A stretch of 64,000 nt of DNA from a virus (Duplodnaviria; Caudoviricetes): positions 96,001 to 160,000 of IMG/VR virus record IMGVR_UViG_3300028048_000045. One strand, written 5' to 3'. Below, one piece after another: positions 10,055 to 19,705 of this stretch. The translations under genes were made by a program, and so were the position numbers. Within the stretch, counting starts at the first letter, position 1, and each line of letters begins with the position of its first letter. The notes below the pieces were generated by a model. It worked only from the letters and a program-made list of their open reading frames with translations. It was not told the origin of the DNA and ran no database searches.

Positions 10055-10089
10055 AAAAGAAACTAGTTTGTAATTAACTAGTTTCTTTT
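10055..10089. terminator. Intrinsic terminator hairpin
   Basis: AAAAGAAACTAGTT...AACTAGTTTCTTTT inverted repeat. Confidence 0.7.
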
Positions 10090-10111
10090 CCATATTTTTT
10101 ATAAAATATTA

Positions 10112-10846
10112 TTAAAATGGTGAATCAGCAAATTCTTCTTCACCACCATAATTTGAAGAATTGTTATAACCACCAGATCTATTACCAGCACTGTGGAAGT
10201 TTTTGAAACAAGCGCTGATATATTTGGTGATTGTGCTAACAGCAGCATCCTGCATACGATAAATCATAGGAACCAGAGGATCCTGCAATTCTTTGTATGT
10301 TGTTACAAATTCATATGCTTCGATATCTGCATAATCAATCTTGAAATCGAGACTTGTCGAAGCTTCAATTTCACCTGATGGAACACGTGAATTAAATACA
10401 ACTTCAATAGAATCATTCTTTTCAAGATCATGATATGAAAGACGAAGTCTTGGAATACCGTCATACATTTCTGTATCAATCATGAGATATCCTGTTGGAA
10501 CTTCCTGTCCATCACGATAAGCTGATGTAGGAATCTTGTAAACTTCGTCAGACTGATAATTCTTACCAGCAGCATAAGCTTCACGACGTCTTCCCATAAT
10601 ACCTTCAAGAAGGCGAGCAGCATCATAAGCTTTTGCAGGTGAAAGATAACATGTGAGATCAAGTATATTTTCGGAAGTGATTCCACGTTTAAAACGAAGA
10701 GTCAATTTTCCATCATGATACATGATATTTACGAAAGCATAAGCTTTTCCATCGGCAGGTTTCTTGTAGCTGAAAAATGTCTTAGACATCTGAGCATACA
10801 AATGATATACCTGATTTGATTTATTTTCATTAGATTCAACTGCCAT
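10112..10846 (-). CDS. Putative single-stranded DNA-binding protein
   Basis: 244 aa ending in Gly/Asn linker and acidic tip EEEFADSPF resembling the SSB C-terminal DDDIPF motif. Confidence 0.5.
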   Translation of the reverse strand: MAVESNENKSNQVYHLYAQMSKTFFSYKKPADGKAYAFVNIMYHDGKLTLRFKRGITSENILDLTCYLSPAKAYDAARLLEGIMGRRREAYAAGKNYQSDEVYKIPTSAYRDGQEVPTGYLMIDTEMYDGIPRLRLSYHDLEKNDSIEVVFNSRVPSGEIEASTSLDFKIDYADIEAYEFVTTYKELQDPLVPMIYRMQDAAVSTITKYISACFKNFHSAGNRSGGYNNSSNYGGEEEFADSPF

Positions 10847-10860
10847 ATAAGTTTTACTCC

Positions 10861-11028
10861 TTAACCCATTGACTGAGCTGGGTCACGCTGCTGATTTTCT
10901 GTGGAATTTTCCATAGATTTTTCCAAACGAGGTTCGTTAAGTCGACCATCCATTTGGTCACGAAGACTTTCATTACCACGGGCATGTTCTTCGTATTCTT
11001 TCATCTTATCTGAATTTGAATCGCACAT
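10861..11028 (-). CDS. 55-aa hydrophilic hypothetical protein (below ORF-track cutoff)
   Basis: AAGGAG RBS then MCDSNSDKMKEYEEHARGNESLRDQMDGRLNEPRLEKSMENSTENQQRDPAQSMG*; fills the gap in the operon. Confidence 0.7.
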   Translation of the reverse strand: MCDSNSDKMKEYEEHARGNESLRDQMDGRLNEPRLEKSMENSTENQQRDPAQSMG

Positions 11029-11046
11029 AATTAAACTCCTTTAATA

Positions 11047-11412
11047 TTATGCTTCTTTTTTATCTTCTGTCTTTTCAGCAGCTCTAATAGCAGCAATCTG
11101 AACTTCTTCACGATATCTCAAATCGAGAATATTCATAAGTGTTCCGAGAGCAGCATCAATATTTCCCATAGCACAAAGCTGTGTAGAAATGAGTGTGCGC
11201 TGTTCATATGTGTAATCTGACTGACCAGTTTTATCAATTTTTTCATTATCTGTAGTGAGTTTCTTATTCAAATTTTCTGTGATATTAAGAAACTTCTTAT
11301 AATCGTCAGATTTGATAATGTTACGGATTTTTGTTCCAAGAGTTTCAAGTTCTTTGAGTGTATCATCACTTGAAAGTGAATCTACAACAGACTTTTCTTT
11401 AGTTTCAGCCAT
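11047..11412 (-). CDS. Hypothetical helical protein
   Basis: Start reassigned to MAETKEK after AGGAGG; early motif at 11437. Confidence 0.7.
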   Translation of the reverse strand: MAETKEKSVVDSLSSDDTLKELETLGTKIRNIIKSDDYKKFLNITENLNKKLTTDNEKIDKTGQSDYTYEQRTLISTQLCAMGNIDAALGTLMNILDLRYREEVQIAAIRAAEKTEDKKEA

Positions 11413-11462
11413 ATTAGGCCTCCTTTCTTTATTATAAATATATAAATTTATCGTTCTAAATA

Positions 11463-11879
11463 TCAAATTTTAATATCAGATATCTGAATTTCTTTAAATT
11501 TGATATTAAATTCATCAGCAAAATACTTTGCCTGTTCTATAATATAATCAAGATATTCCATTTCGAAATATTCTTGTTTAAACACTGGTTTTATTTTTAG
11601 AGAACGCATTCTCCATTTAACTAATGTTTCAACTTGTTTAGGATTATTACATCTATATAAGTGAAACAAATCGATAAAATAACCGACTGTTTCACTATTA
11701 TTGTACTGCTTGAATCTTTTTAAAGCATTTGAAGTTATACCGAACTTAACTATATCTCTACCTTTAAATTTTACTTTAATAATGTAGAAATATTTTAATG
11801 TTTTAGATTCAACTGGAATTATTCTTTTTCTTCCAGGTTTCTTTTTAACTACTTCTGTTCCAAGAGATTTCTTTGCCAT
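11463..11879 (-). CDS. GIY-YIG superfamily (T5orf172/MUG113-like) protein
   Basis: YFYII...VKFGITSNALKRFKQYN...VETLVK...EYF pattern. Confidence 0.65.
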   Translation of the reverse strand: MAKKSLGTEVVKKKPGRKRIIPVESKTLKYFYIIKVKFKGRDIVKFGITSNALKRFKQYNNSETVGYFIDLFHLYRCNNPKQVETLVKWRMRSLKIKPVFKQEYFEMEYLDYIIEQAKYFADEFNIKFKEIQISDIKI

Positions 11880-13138
11880 AGTTTATCATCCATGGACAAA
11901 CGAGCTCTATCCGAATTCGAACTTTCAATTTGAGCTAATACTGTATTTGTAGCATTTGTAATAACATCAATCATGTTTTTGATATCTTTATTACTACAAC
12001 CAAGATTTAACATAGCTTCTCTTTCAACGGTTTCAATCATATCATATTTAGCTATATCTCCACTAAGTTCAACATTATTCATAATGTCTTCTGTATCAAT
12101 AGAGAATTCATTATAAAGATGATAGATTGGTTTTGTTATTCGAATTTCTCGTTCATTTCCTCCTTCTTTATATAAATAATCTAGAATTGCAAATTTTGTA
12201 TCGAATGAATAGACTAAATAGAAATCTTCATCAATTTTAGCATTTATAATTTCTGCTTGTTTTTCACAAATACATAAAATTTCTTCAATGAAATCATGTT
12301 TTACATCATCGTTAAACTTAGCAAAGAAACCACATTTGGTAACATTGAATTCAAGATGTTTATTCGCCTTTTTCATTACAATTTCAATTTTTTCCAAACC
12401 AATATAAAGAAGTTTTTGAAATACATCATTTATAAAATCGTTTAAAGCTCTTGTCCTGTTGTTAATATATATCCCTGTTTTCACTTCATTATTTATAAAA
12501 TTTTCAACAGAAGTCGAGCCATATGTATTACAGAATATTGTAGTTCTATTATCGACAAATTCATTAATATTTCCGCTTCGTTGTTTCTGCATATCCAATC
12601 GAGCGTCAATACTATTATAGAATTTAGGATTGAATGAATTGTTATAAATCTGATCTTTAAATTTAGGAAACTCACCTTTGTTATCGGCAAAGTTTATAAT
12701 ACCACAAGAACCTGAAACTGACAAATCACACATTGATAGACCCAGGTCAACATAGCTATTTTGACGACGAACTATATGACCTGTTTGAAATGCATATGTA
12801 GGTCTAATATATGCAATTTCTATAAAAGGTTCTATATTTTTAACAATAGCTTCCATATTTAAATCTTTAGGAAACTCAACATCACAGAAATAAACAGTTT
12901 TATTAAACATTCTAGAATCTCTATCAATATCAACTACAGAATAGTTTGTTATCAACGCTGCTATTTCTTGAACCTTTCTATCAGGTATCCCATTAATTCT
13001 TTCTATTTCTTTTATGAATAATTGAATAGTTCTTTTATAATCAATAAATCCTAATTCTTTTAAGTTATTTGATGGTTTAGTCTCTAACATATTTTCATTG
13101 AGTCTAATTCGATCAATAACTATTTCTCGCATATTCAT
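11849..13138 (-). CDS. Hypothetical protein (possible degenerate PolB-like fold)
   Basis: About 430 aa, GAGG RBS, TATATTAC upstream; weak PolB-like motif order (see findings). Confidence 0.6.
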   Translation of the reverse strand: MNMREIVIDRIRLNENMLETKPSNNLKELGFIDYKRTIQLFIKEIERINGIPDRKVQEIAALITNYSVVDIDRDSRMFNKTVYFCDVEFPKDLNMEAIVKNIEPFIEIAYIRPTYAFQTGHIVRRQNSYVDLGLSMCDLSVSGSCGIINFADNKGEFPKFKDQIYNNSFNPKFYNSIDARLDMQKQRSGNINEFVDNRTTIFCNTYGSTSVENFINNEVKTGIYINNRTRALNDFINDVFQKLLYIGLEKIEIVMKKANKHLEFNVTKCGFFAKFNDDVKHDFIEEILCICEKQAEIINAKIDEDFYLVYSFDTKFAILDYLYKEGGNEREIRITKPIYHLYNEFSIDTEDIMNNVELSGDIAKYDMIETVEREAMLNLGCSNKDIKNMIDVITNATNTVLAQIESSNSDRARLSMDDKLWQRNLLEQK

Positions 13139-13247
13139 AATATAATACCTCACTTTATTACATAGAAGTAATATATAAATAATAAAAAAATAAAATAATG
13201 TAAATTATAGGGAGTTATTACTCTCCCTATAATTTATTTACAAATAT

Positions 13248-14165
13248 TTATTTTCGTTTTGTAGAAACTGGTGTAGAAATCAGTGGAATTTCTTTAATTA
13301 CAACTTTATTAAACTGATGTTTAACATAATCGTAATTTTTATCCATAGCTTTCCTTTTGTTCTTATTATTGATATAAAGAATATATCTTACACCGAGATT
13401 AGCAGGAATCGGTTTAGATATGTAATCGTAATTATTAATAAACTCGACAAAAGCAAATCTTGAACTAATATTAAATTCCGAACCAACGTTCTTTTCTTTT
13501 CTAACATCAGTGTTTCTGTAAATCAGATGATGTATTTTAATTGAATATGGGATCTTTCCAGTTGTTTGTTTACAATTAGCAGCATAAGAATCGTATAGAT
13601 CTGCTATATTCATTACAAAAGCCCATTTCCTTTTTCCATTAGAAAGAATCTTTTTATAGAAAAATACATCTCTTGCTTTCGGATCTTTATTAAAGAATTT
13701 ACCATGATTAAAATTATGTTTAATAATTTTCTTAAGCATAATTTTGATATCTTTCTGCATATCTTTTTCCATAAAACAATAATCATATTTCTGACGGAAA
13801 ATTTCCAAAGCCCATGAATTTGTTTCGAAGAAATTTACAATAAGTTGTGTAGATTTTTTAGATAATCTATGATACCATTTCATGACTACAGGAATTTCGA
13901 TATACAAATTTTCAAAATAATCTGTAGCAATTATAGTATTAGCTTCTGGAAGTTTTTTACAAACTTTTCCATATATAGATGACATTTTCACTTTATACTT
14001 TTTATTTTCATTACTTACAGATTTTTTATTTGTCTGTTTAGAATAAGCTTGATATTGTTTACTATCAATCTTCTTAGAATGTTCTTTTCGGCTACGAGCC
14101 TTGCTTTTCGGATTAGAATACGATGACTTATCGGTTCGTCTTCCATTAGTTCTACTCATGTTCAT
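13248..14165 (-). CDS. Basic hypothetical protein
   Basis: 305 aa, Lys/Arg-rich N-terminus, directly downstream of DNA polymerase. Confidence 0.65.
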   Translation of the reverse strand: MNMSRTNGRRTDKSSYSNPKSKARSRKEHSKKIDSKQYQAYSKQTNKKSVSNENKKYKVKMSSIYGKVCKKLPEANTIIATDYFENLYIEIPVVMKWYHRLSKKSTQLIVNFFETNSWALEIFRQKYDYCFMEKDMQKDIKIMLKKIIKHNFNHGKFFNKDPKARDVFFYKKILSNGKRKWAFVMNIADLYDSYAANCKQTTGKIPYSIKIHHLIYRNTDVRKEKNVGSEFNISSRFAFVEFINNYDYISKPIPANLGVRYILYINNKNKRKAMDKNYDYVKHQFNKVVIKEIPLISTPVSTKRK

Positions 14166-14171
14166 TTCCTC

Positions 14172-16163
14172 CTAGAATCTTATGAGTGTACTTGTGCCCA
14201 TTTTCTTAGTACTACTTCCTTCTGCTTGATATCTAGCTGGAGATAACAACAATGAAGAATACAATGATGTAATAGGCTGTAAATGTTTTTGAATCATTGA
14301 ATCTGTACGGATAAATGGAATTACCCATTCTGGTAACTTCTTAGTATTACCATTTACTGGAATAGCAAATGCTTTCAGACCAAAACTAGAAAAATCCATA
14401 CCTAAAGAATTAACTCTAAATACATTTTTTCTAATCTTTTCTTTTATATCATTGAACTTAGGATCAATTCGTTCCAAATCTTCTTCATTCATGAGATTTG
14501 TATCAAACATGTATACAGCATCTCCAGGAACGATGTAATCATCAGGATACAAAAGATTCCAAATACAACTTGCTCTTGCAGCTATAGTTCTTACAGGATC
14601 TTTGATATTGTTAATACCATTGTATCTTGTAAAAATACCAAAAGTTTTATCTCCTTCTTGAATAGATTTATCAATATGATCTTCAATCTCATGGACACCA
14701 TGTAGAATGTTTACAGGATCATACTTATTGGCTCTTAGAACCATATTCTGAAGAAGATCAATGATATGTGTAGACACATATTCATTGAGACCAGATGAAC
14801 CTAAAGAACGTCCAGTAATAGCTAACTGTGCTTCTTCAGGAATCATTTTTCCTTCCTGAATAGTCTGAATTCCTATATAATTTTTCTTTACAGGGAATAA
14901 CAGAATAATTGGGAAGAAGAATTCATTTTTCATATACATAAAGAATCTGTCTTCAGGATGGAATGAATTACAACATTCTACATAATTATGGCAGCACTCA
15001 TCGAGAAGTGTAGTAACCAAAGATACGAATATCATCGTCATTCTAATCTGTACATTCATATCATCCATAAGATTTTCTTTTCCATATATTTTCAATGTAT
15101 TCAAAACTATTTCATAAAGTGACGGCATTGTTGAATCTGTATCTCCAACAACACAACACTTTCTTTTACGAGTCTTATACTTTTCAACACGATTATAATT
15201 AATAACAGTTGCGAAAGCAAAGATTTTCATATAATCTGTAAGTTGTTCCAGATCAGTTTTCATTCCTTCTGGAATTTCATAAGGATTGATAAATTCAATT
15301 CCATTTTCAATAAGTCTATCAACCAAATCGTAAACTTTCTTATTACGTCTGATTAATTCTACAGGATTGTTTGCATAATAAAAAGCTATGCGTTTCCAAT
15401 CTGGCATCATTTCAAACATTAAGAAAGATGATTGTGTAAATTTATTAAGACTCTTTCTGATTCCAACAACATCTTTAGTCATAAGAATGAAACGAGTTCT
15501 ACAATCTTCTGGAGTAGGAATATAATCAATAATTGAAAGTGCTTCTGGAGTAAATAATGATTCTTTGATTTTAAAAATCTGATTAATCCAAGTCATTACT
15601 TCATTTACATTTTCAAATGCAAAATTTCCAGCTAAAAATCTTTCAATTGTGAATACCTGTTCAGAAATAAAGTTACGAGCTTGTGCTGGAATGGATCCAC
15701 CCATATCAATATTTGAAATGAATGAAGATTGCATTGTTGAAGCCCCGTAAATTGAGTTAGTATTAGCTTTTACCTTATTCTGTTTATTATTATATTCGCG
15801 GAAATCATCCATATTACCTGCATTTTTAGCTTCAAGCATTTTCTTCTTAAATACAGCACGAGAATCCATCCAATCGGTAATAATGAAATAACTTGCAGGG
15901 TTCCAATTCTCTGTTAAAGTACCATTTGCAAGAATATTCAATTTATCTTTTTCAATTTCCAACGGAATTGTATTTGGATCCCTTTCAAGTTGCCATTCAT
16001 ATCTATACAGATTCCTACAATGAGCTACTAATTTCTTTCCGGCTGTTTTACGTTCGACAATGTCATTCACGTAATTTTTAAGCCATTCGGCATTGATTTT
16101 TCCATTATAGGTTGTTTTAAGAGTTTCAAACACTTTCTGTTTATACTCATCAAGTAAAGTCAT
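14172..16163 (-). CDS. Family B DNA polymerase, catalytic subunit of a split polymerase
   Basis: Motif B KQNKVKANTNSIYG, motif C VGDTDS, MKNE and KKNYIG; no exonuclease or motif A upstream, as in split PolB of phiKZ-related phages. Confidence 0.88.
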   Translation of the reverse strand: MTLLDEYKQKVFETLKTTYNGKINAEWLKNYVNDIVERKTAGKKLVAHCRNLYRYEWQLERDPNTIPLEIEKDKLNILANGTLTENWNPASYFIITDWMDSRAVFKKKMLEAKNAGNMDDFREYNNKQNKVKANTNSIYGASTMQSSFISNIDMGGSIPAQARNFISEQVFTIERFLAGNFAFENVNEVMTWINQIFKIKESLFTPEALSIIDYIPTPEDCRTRFILMTKDVVGIRKSLNKFTQSSFLMFEMMPDWKRIAFYYANNPVELIRRNKKVYDLVDRLIENGIEFINPYEIPEGMKTDLEQLTDYMKIFAFATVINYNRVEKYKTRKRKCCVVGDTDSTMPSLYEIVLNTLKIYGKENLMDDMNVQIRMTMIFVSLVTTLLDECCHNYVECCNSFHPEDRFFMYMKNEFFFPIILLFPVKKNYIGIQTIQEGKMIPEEAQLAITGRSLGSSGLNEYVSTHIIDLLQNMVLRANKYDPVNILHGVHEIEDHIDKSIQEGDKTFGIFTRYNGINNIKDPVRTIAARASCIWNLLYPDDYIVPGDAVYMFDTNLMNEEDLERIDPKFNDIKEKIRKNVFRVNSLGMDFSSFGLKAFAIPVNGNTKKLPEWVIPFIRTDSMIQKHLQPITSLYSSLLLSPARYQAEGSSTKKMGTSTLIRF

Positions 16164-16267
16164 TTAAATTCTCCTATTATATTACACAATATTGTTTTCT
16201 AGTATTTAAATATATAAATAAAAAAAAAGAAAGCTATTAATTAAAATAGCCTTCTTTTTCATGTAGT

Positions 16268-16654
16268 TTAGAAATTACTACTAGATGTTTGATCTGGAAG
16301 AACTTTATCCAATATAACTTCTCCACCATAAATAATTCTATCCCAAGCAAGTTGGGATTTTTGAACATTTAAACGTTCCAATTCAAGTTCTTGCTGCCGT
16401 ATCTGTTCACGTTCTTCGAATTCCGCTTTTCGAGCAGCTTCTCTTTCAGCAATGTGAACTTTTTCAGTTTCCAATCGACTTTTGTTCTGTTCTTTAATTT
16501 GTTCAATAAGATTATTAGCTATAGCTTCTCTAGCTTTGTTTTGTTGTTCTAATAAAGCTTTAAAACTTTCAGGATTAGTTTTAGCTAATTCTAATTCCTC
16601 GGGTTCAAGTTTCATTTGAAAACTATTTGTTTTTCGATCGAAAATAAATTTCAT
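16268..16654 (-). CDS. Early small coiled-coil protein, paralog of 22072..22359
   Basis: EELELAKTNPESF versus EELELAKANPEAF; shared promoter-hairpin leader. Confidence 0.7.
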   Translation of the reverse strand: MKFIFDRKTNSFQMKLEPEELELAKTNPESFKALLEQQNKAREAIANNLIEQIKEQNKSRLETEKVHIAEREAARKAEFEEREQIRQQELELERLNVQKSQLAWDRIIYGGEVILDKVLPDQTSSSNF

Positions 16655-16686
16655 ACAAAATTTCTCCTTATAATTATTATAATATT

Positions 16687-16727
16687 TAAGAACTCATGCG
16701 AATTCTTTACATTATAATAATATATAA
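16687..16727 (-). promoter_or_regulatory. Early promoter plus 5' stem-loop leader (type A cassette)
   Basis: TTATATATTATTATAATGTA-AAGAATTC GCAT GAGTTCTT; homologous leaders near 22387-22426, 34609-34648 and 53354-53400. Confidence 0.7.
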
Positions 16728-16762
16728 ATAAAAAAGAGAGGATTTATATCCTCTCTTTATCT

Positions 16763-17554
16763 TTAAAGATTTTCTGATAAAAACTTTTCGAAGTTTGATT
16801 CTCTAGCAGAATCTTCTTCTTTATTTTCATCAGAATCTAATTTTATAAATCGCTTAGCAATTATTTTTAAGCAATCTAATTTTTCTTTATCGAAGCCATT
16901 ACAAATAACTTCAATATTTTCTCTTCCGTAAAGCATCATTCCACAATTTGCGATGTGCTTTAATCGGAAGCCTTCATCACCAACCAAATATTGACGATCG
17001 TTATATTCATTCAGATCGATACTATTTGATTTTTTAAGAAAGTTAAATCCTTCATTATCCGCAACAATTTCCCTTTCTATATCTCTTTTAATATCATCCG
17101 GTAAAGGATTAGACGGATGATCTAACAAACAGTGGCCTATTTCGTGTGAAAATGATAACCACGTGATCCTATCTGAAAGATGATCATAAGCATCACTATT
17201 CAATGATATTACATAATCATAACTTTCAGTTCCGTAATTATAAATACGAAACGCCATTGCACCTGTTGTCTGATACAATGATGCGAAGTATTTAAAATTT
17301 TTCCTATCTGTTGAATTGAAGAATGCTTCTCTCCAACTACAATAGGAATATTTGATTCTATGACCATCATTTGATACACATTCTGTATCATCTGATAGCA
17401 TAGCCAGGTTCTGATAGAAAGTATTTTTAACTTTTCCTTTAAAAAGTTTTCTATCATTTTTCTTAATCATCTTGACACATTTTTTATTCTGTGCCAAGAA
17501 ATCGTAGAATATTTTAAAAGCATGTTTAGTGCTTTTAATTTCTTCGTTTTCCAT
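16763..17554 (-). CDS. HExxH zinc metallopeptidase (M48/ImmA-IrrE-like)
   Basis: FSHEIGHCLL followed by EIVAD; start reassigned to MENEE after GAGGTGG. Confidence 0.7.
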   Translation of the reverse strand: MENEEIKSTKHAFKIFYDFLAQNKKCVKMIKKNDRKLFKGKVKNTFYQNLAMLSDDTECVSNDGHRIKYSYCSWREAFFNSTDRKNFKYFASLYQTTGAMAFRIYNYGTESYDYVISLNSDAYDHLSDRITWLSFSHEIGHCLLDHPSNPLPDDIKRDIEREIVADNEGFNFLKKSNSIDLNEYNDRQYLVGDEGFRLKHIANCGMMLYGRENIEVICNGFDKEKLDCLKIIAKRFIKLDSDENKEEDSARESNFEKFLSENL

Positions 17555-17607
17555 ATTTACCACCTCATTATTATAATATACAAAATAACTAATTAATTTA
17601 CAAAAAA
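17552..17607 (-). repeat. Type B early leader repeat (second copy 21961-22017)
   Basis: About 55 nt near-identical: TTTTTGTAAAyTAATT..TTATTTT(T)GTATATTATAATAATGAGrTGGTAAATATG. Confidence 0.8.
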
Positions 17608-17644
17608 AAGAGAGGGATTTGTTCCCTCTCTTTTTAACATGTAT

Positions 17645-17971
17645 TCAGACCACAATGTACACCTGACTTGCCATATGATATACTCTATTACATTGTATAG
17701 TAATAGCATTGATATTTTCATATTTATGATATTTACTATTATAATGGTTTATAATCTTCGGTTGAATAGTTGCTTTTGTTCTCACAAAGTTTACAACGTA
17801 GTAAATATCACCGGTTTTCAGTTTTACAATTTTAAACATCAAGTTTTTTCCAGAATTTTTCATACGATATAATTCTGGATAATGATCTAAATAACCAATT
17901 TCGTTCAGAATAAATGCACCAGAACCATCTGGAACACATTCTAATTCTTCTTTAAGTAATTTTATTTCCAT
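17645..17971 (-). CDS. Early hypothetical protein
   Basis: 108 aa, GAGGAG RBS, own early motif (17998) and terminator (about 17609-17633). Confidence 0.7.
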   Translation of the reverse strand: MEIKLLKEELECVPDGSGAFILNEIGYLDHYPELYRMKNSGKNLMFKIVKLKTGDIYYVVNFVRTKATIQPKIINHYNSKYHKYENINAITIQCNRVYHMASQVYIVV

Positions 17972-18044
17972 AAACTTATTTATCTCCTCATTTTTATAAT
18001 ATATAAATAAAACTAGGGAATATTTTTTCCCTAGTTCTAATTAT

Positions 18045-18800
18045 TTATTTTTTATCATATTCAGATCTAATCATATTTCTTAATTTTTCAATTTTCAAAT
18101 TATCCGTAAATATGTAAGTGTATTTATGAGCTATTTTATACATAGTGCGTTTCTTTTTATCTCTTTTAAGAGCACGAATCGTACTAGTTATACCAGCAGT
18201 TCCTTTGAAAATTATAGGATAAGTTTTAAGCTGCTCATAATTAATGATATTATCTTTATCATTTAATGATAACCAAATTTGAACGCCTTCAACTATTATT
18301 TTATGAGATAATTGTTTATTCATAATATAATTTATAAATTCTTCAGCCAAATCATAACATTTGTGTTCATTTCTATGTAATTTAGCATATTCGTTTTCTT
18401 TAAAGAATTCACAAATTATAGGATCTATTTTATTAAAATCTGAATCGGTAAACATATCTGGAGTCATAATATCATCCAATTGTATTAAACTACAATGATA
18501 TTTTTTAGACAATTCTCCACCTAATGTAGTTTTACCAGAACCAGAAAAACCAGTTACAAATAAAATATTATAGTTACCATTTTCAAATTCTTTTAATTTA
18601 TAACATTCATCATCAATTGTAAAAATTAAATTTTCATTAGATTCTTCAGCTTTATCTAAATCAGGATCTTCATGACCATTGTTACAGTCACCGAGTTGAA
18701 AATCTCCAACAGTTTCTACACCTTCATCCGGTCCAAAAAGACCTTGAGAACATGCGTAAACATTCATTTCAGTAGCAAATATTTTATCATTATTAATCAT
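18045..18800 (-). CDS. P-loop nucleotide/polynucleotide kinase with head-protein propeptide
   Basis: Walker A GFSGSGKTT, IQLDD, IIVEG, RALKRD lid; N-terminus MINNDKIFATE...DPDLDKAEESNE. Confidence 0.75.
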   Translation of the reverse strand: MINNDKIFATEMNVYACSQGLFGPDEGVETVGDFQLGDCNNGHEDPDLDKAEESNENLIFTIDDECYKLKEFENGNYNILFVTGFSGSGKTTLGGELSKKYHCSLIQLDDIMTPDMFTDSDFNKIDPIICEFFKENEYAKLHRNEHKCYDLAEEFINYIMNKQLSHKIIVEGVQIWLSLNDKDNIINYEQLKTYPIIFKGTAGITSTIRALKRDKKKRTMYKIAHKYTYIFTDNLKIEKLRNMIRSEYDKK

Positions 18801-18811
18801 AACTATTTTCC

Positions 18812-19705
18812 TTATTTAGAAAAATCTAAAACAACCATATTTATTAACGATTGTGTTGTACCATGATGATCACCGCCCCAAGTTTTTTCATAATAAATTT
18901 TATTTGGTTCTAACTTAGGTTTATTTCCATCTTTCCATTGTTCATATTCTGTCATAGGAATATTCATTTTATTACAAGTATCTTCGACGACCTTATCAAA
19001 TACTTTATCAAATTTAGTGGTATCCGAATCATCATAAGATTCATCCAATGTATATCGTTTTAAACCATCTAAACCAAATGAGTATTGTTGTACAAGAATT
19101 TCTACTTTTTCTTTATTTTGAATAGCTTTAGCAATATCTATACATTTATTCCATAAATGCGTAGATAATTCATTATATTGATCGCTATCATCTTCACAAT
19201 CGTAAATAGCAATATAATGTTTAGGATCAATTTTACTTATTTCATTTTTTAGAATTGGAACAACAGTTTTGCCAAATTTATTAGCTAAATTCAATGTTCT
19301 AGTTATTTCATTTTGCAATCGTTTTAACTCGGGATGATTTTTTATTTGTTCGAAAGCAGCATCTTCAGCTTTTCTTTCTTCTTTATATTTTTCATAGCGT
19401 TGTTTAGATAATTCTTTTTCTTTTGCTTCTTTACGTTTTAATAAATATTTGTATAATGGTGTTTTTCTATAAAGAGGTAGAATTATATATGCTAAAAGAC
19501 ACCATGCTAAAGCCACAGCACCCAACCCAATTTGAATTTTTTCAAGTATATTAGATTCTTGCGACTGTTCATTATCTAAATATTTATCAAGATCTGGATC
19601 TCCAGTAGTTCCTGTTTCAGGATCATACCGTCGCTCAGCTAATCTTTTCAATTTTTCTTCTATAGTGAAAGATTCGCAAGAGAATATCTTATCATTATTA
19701 ATCAT
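18812..19705 (-). CDS. Putative head protein with propeptide and single TM helix
   Basis: MINNDKIFSCE...DPDLDK...SQESN, then IGLGAVALAWCLLAYIILP and a coiled coil. Confidence 0.6.
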   Translation of the reverse strand: MINNDKIFSCESFTIEEKLKRLAERRYDPETGTTGDPDLDKYLDNEQSQESNILEKIQIGLGAVALAWCLLAYIILPLYRKTPLYKYLLKRKEAKEKELSKQRYEKYKEERKAEDAAFEQIKNHPELKRLQNEITRTLNLANKFGKTVVPILKNEISKIDPKHYIAIYDCEDDSDQYNELSTHLWNKCIDIAKAIQNKEKVEILVQQYSFGLDGLKRYTLDESYDDSDTTKFDKVFDKVVEDTCNKMNIPMTEYEQWKDGNKPKLEPNKIYYEKTWGGDHHGTTQSLINMVVLDFSK

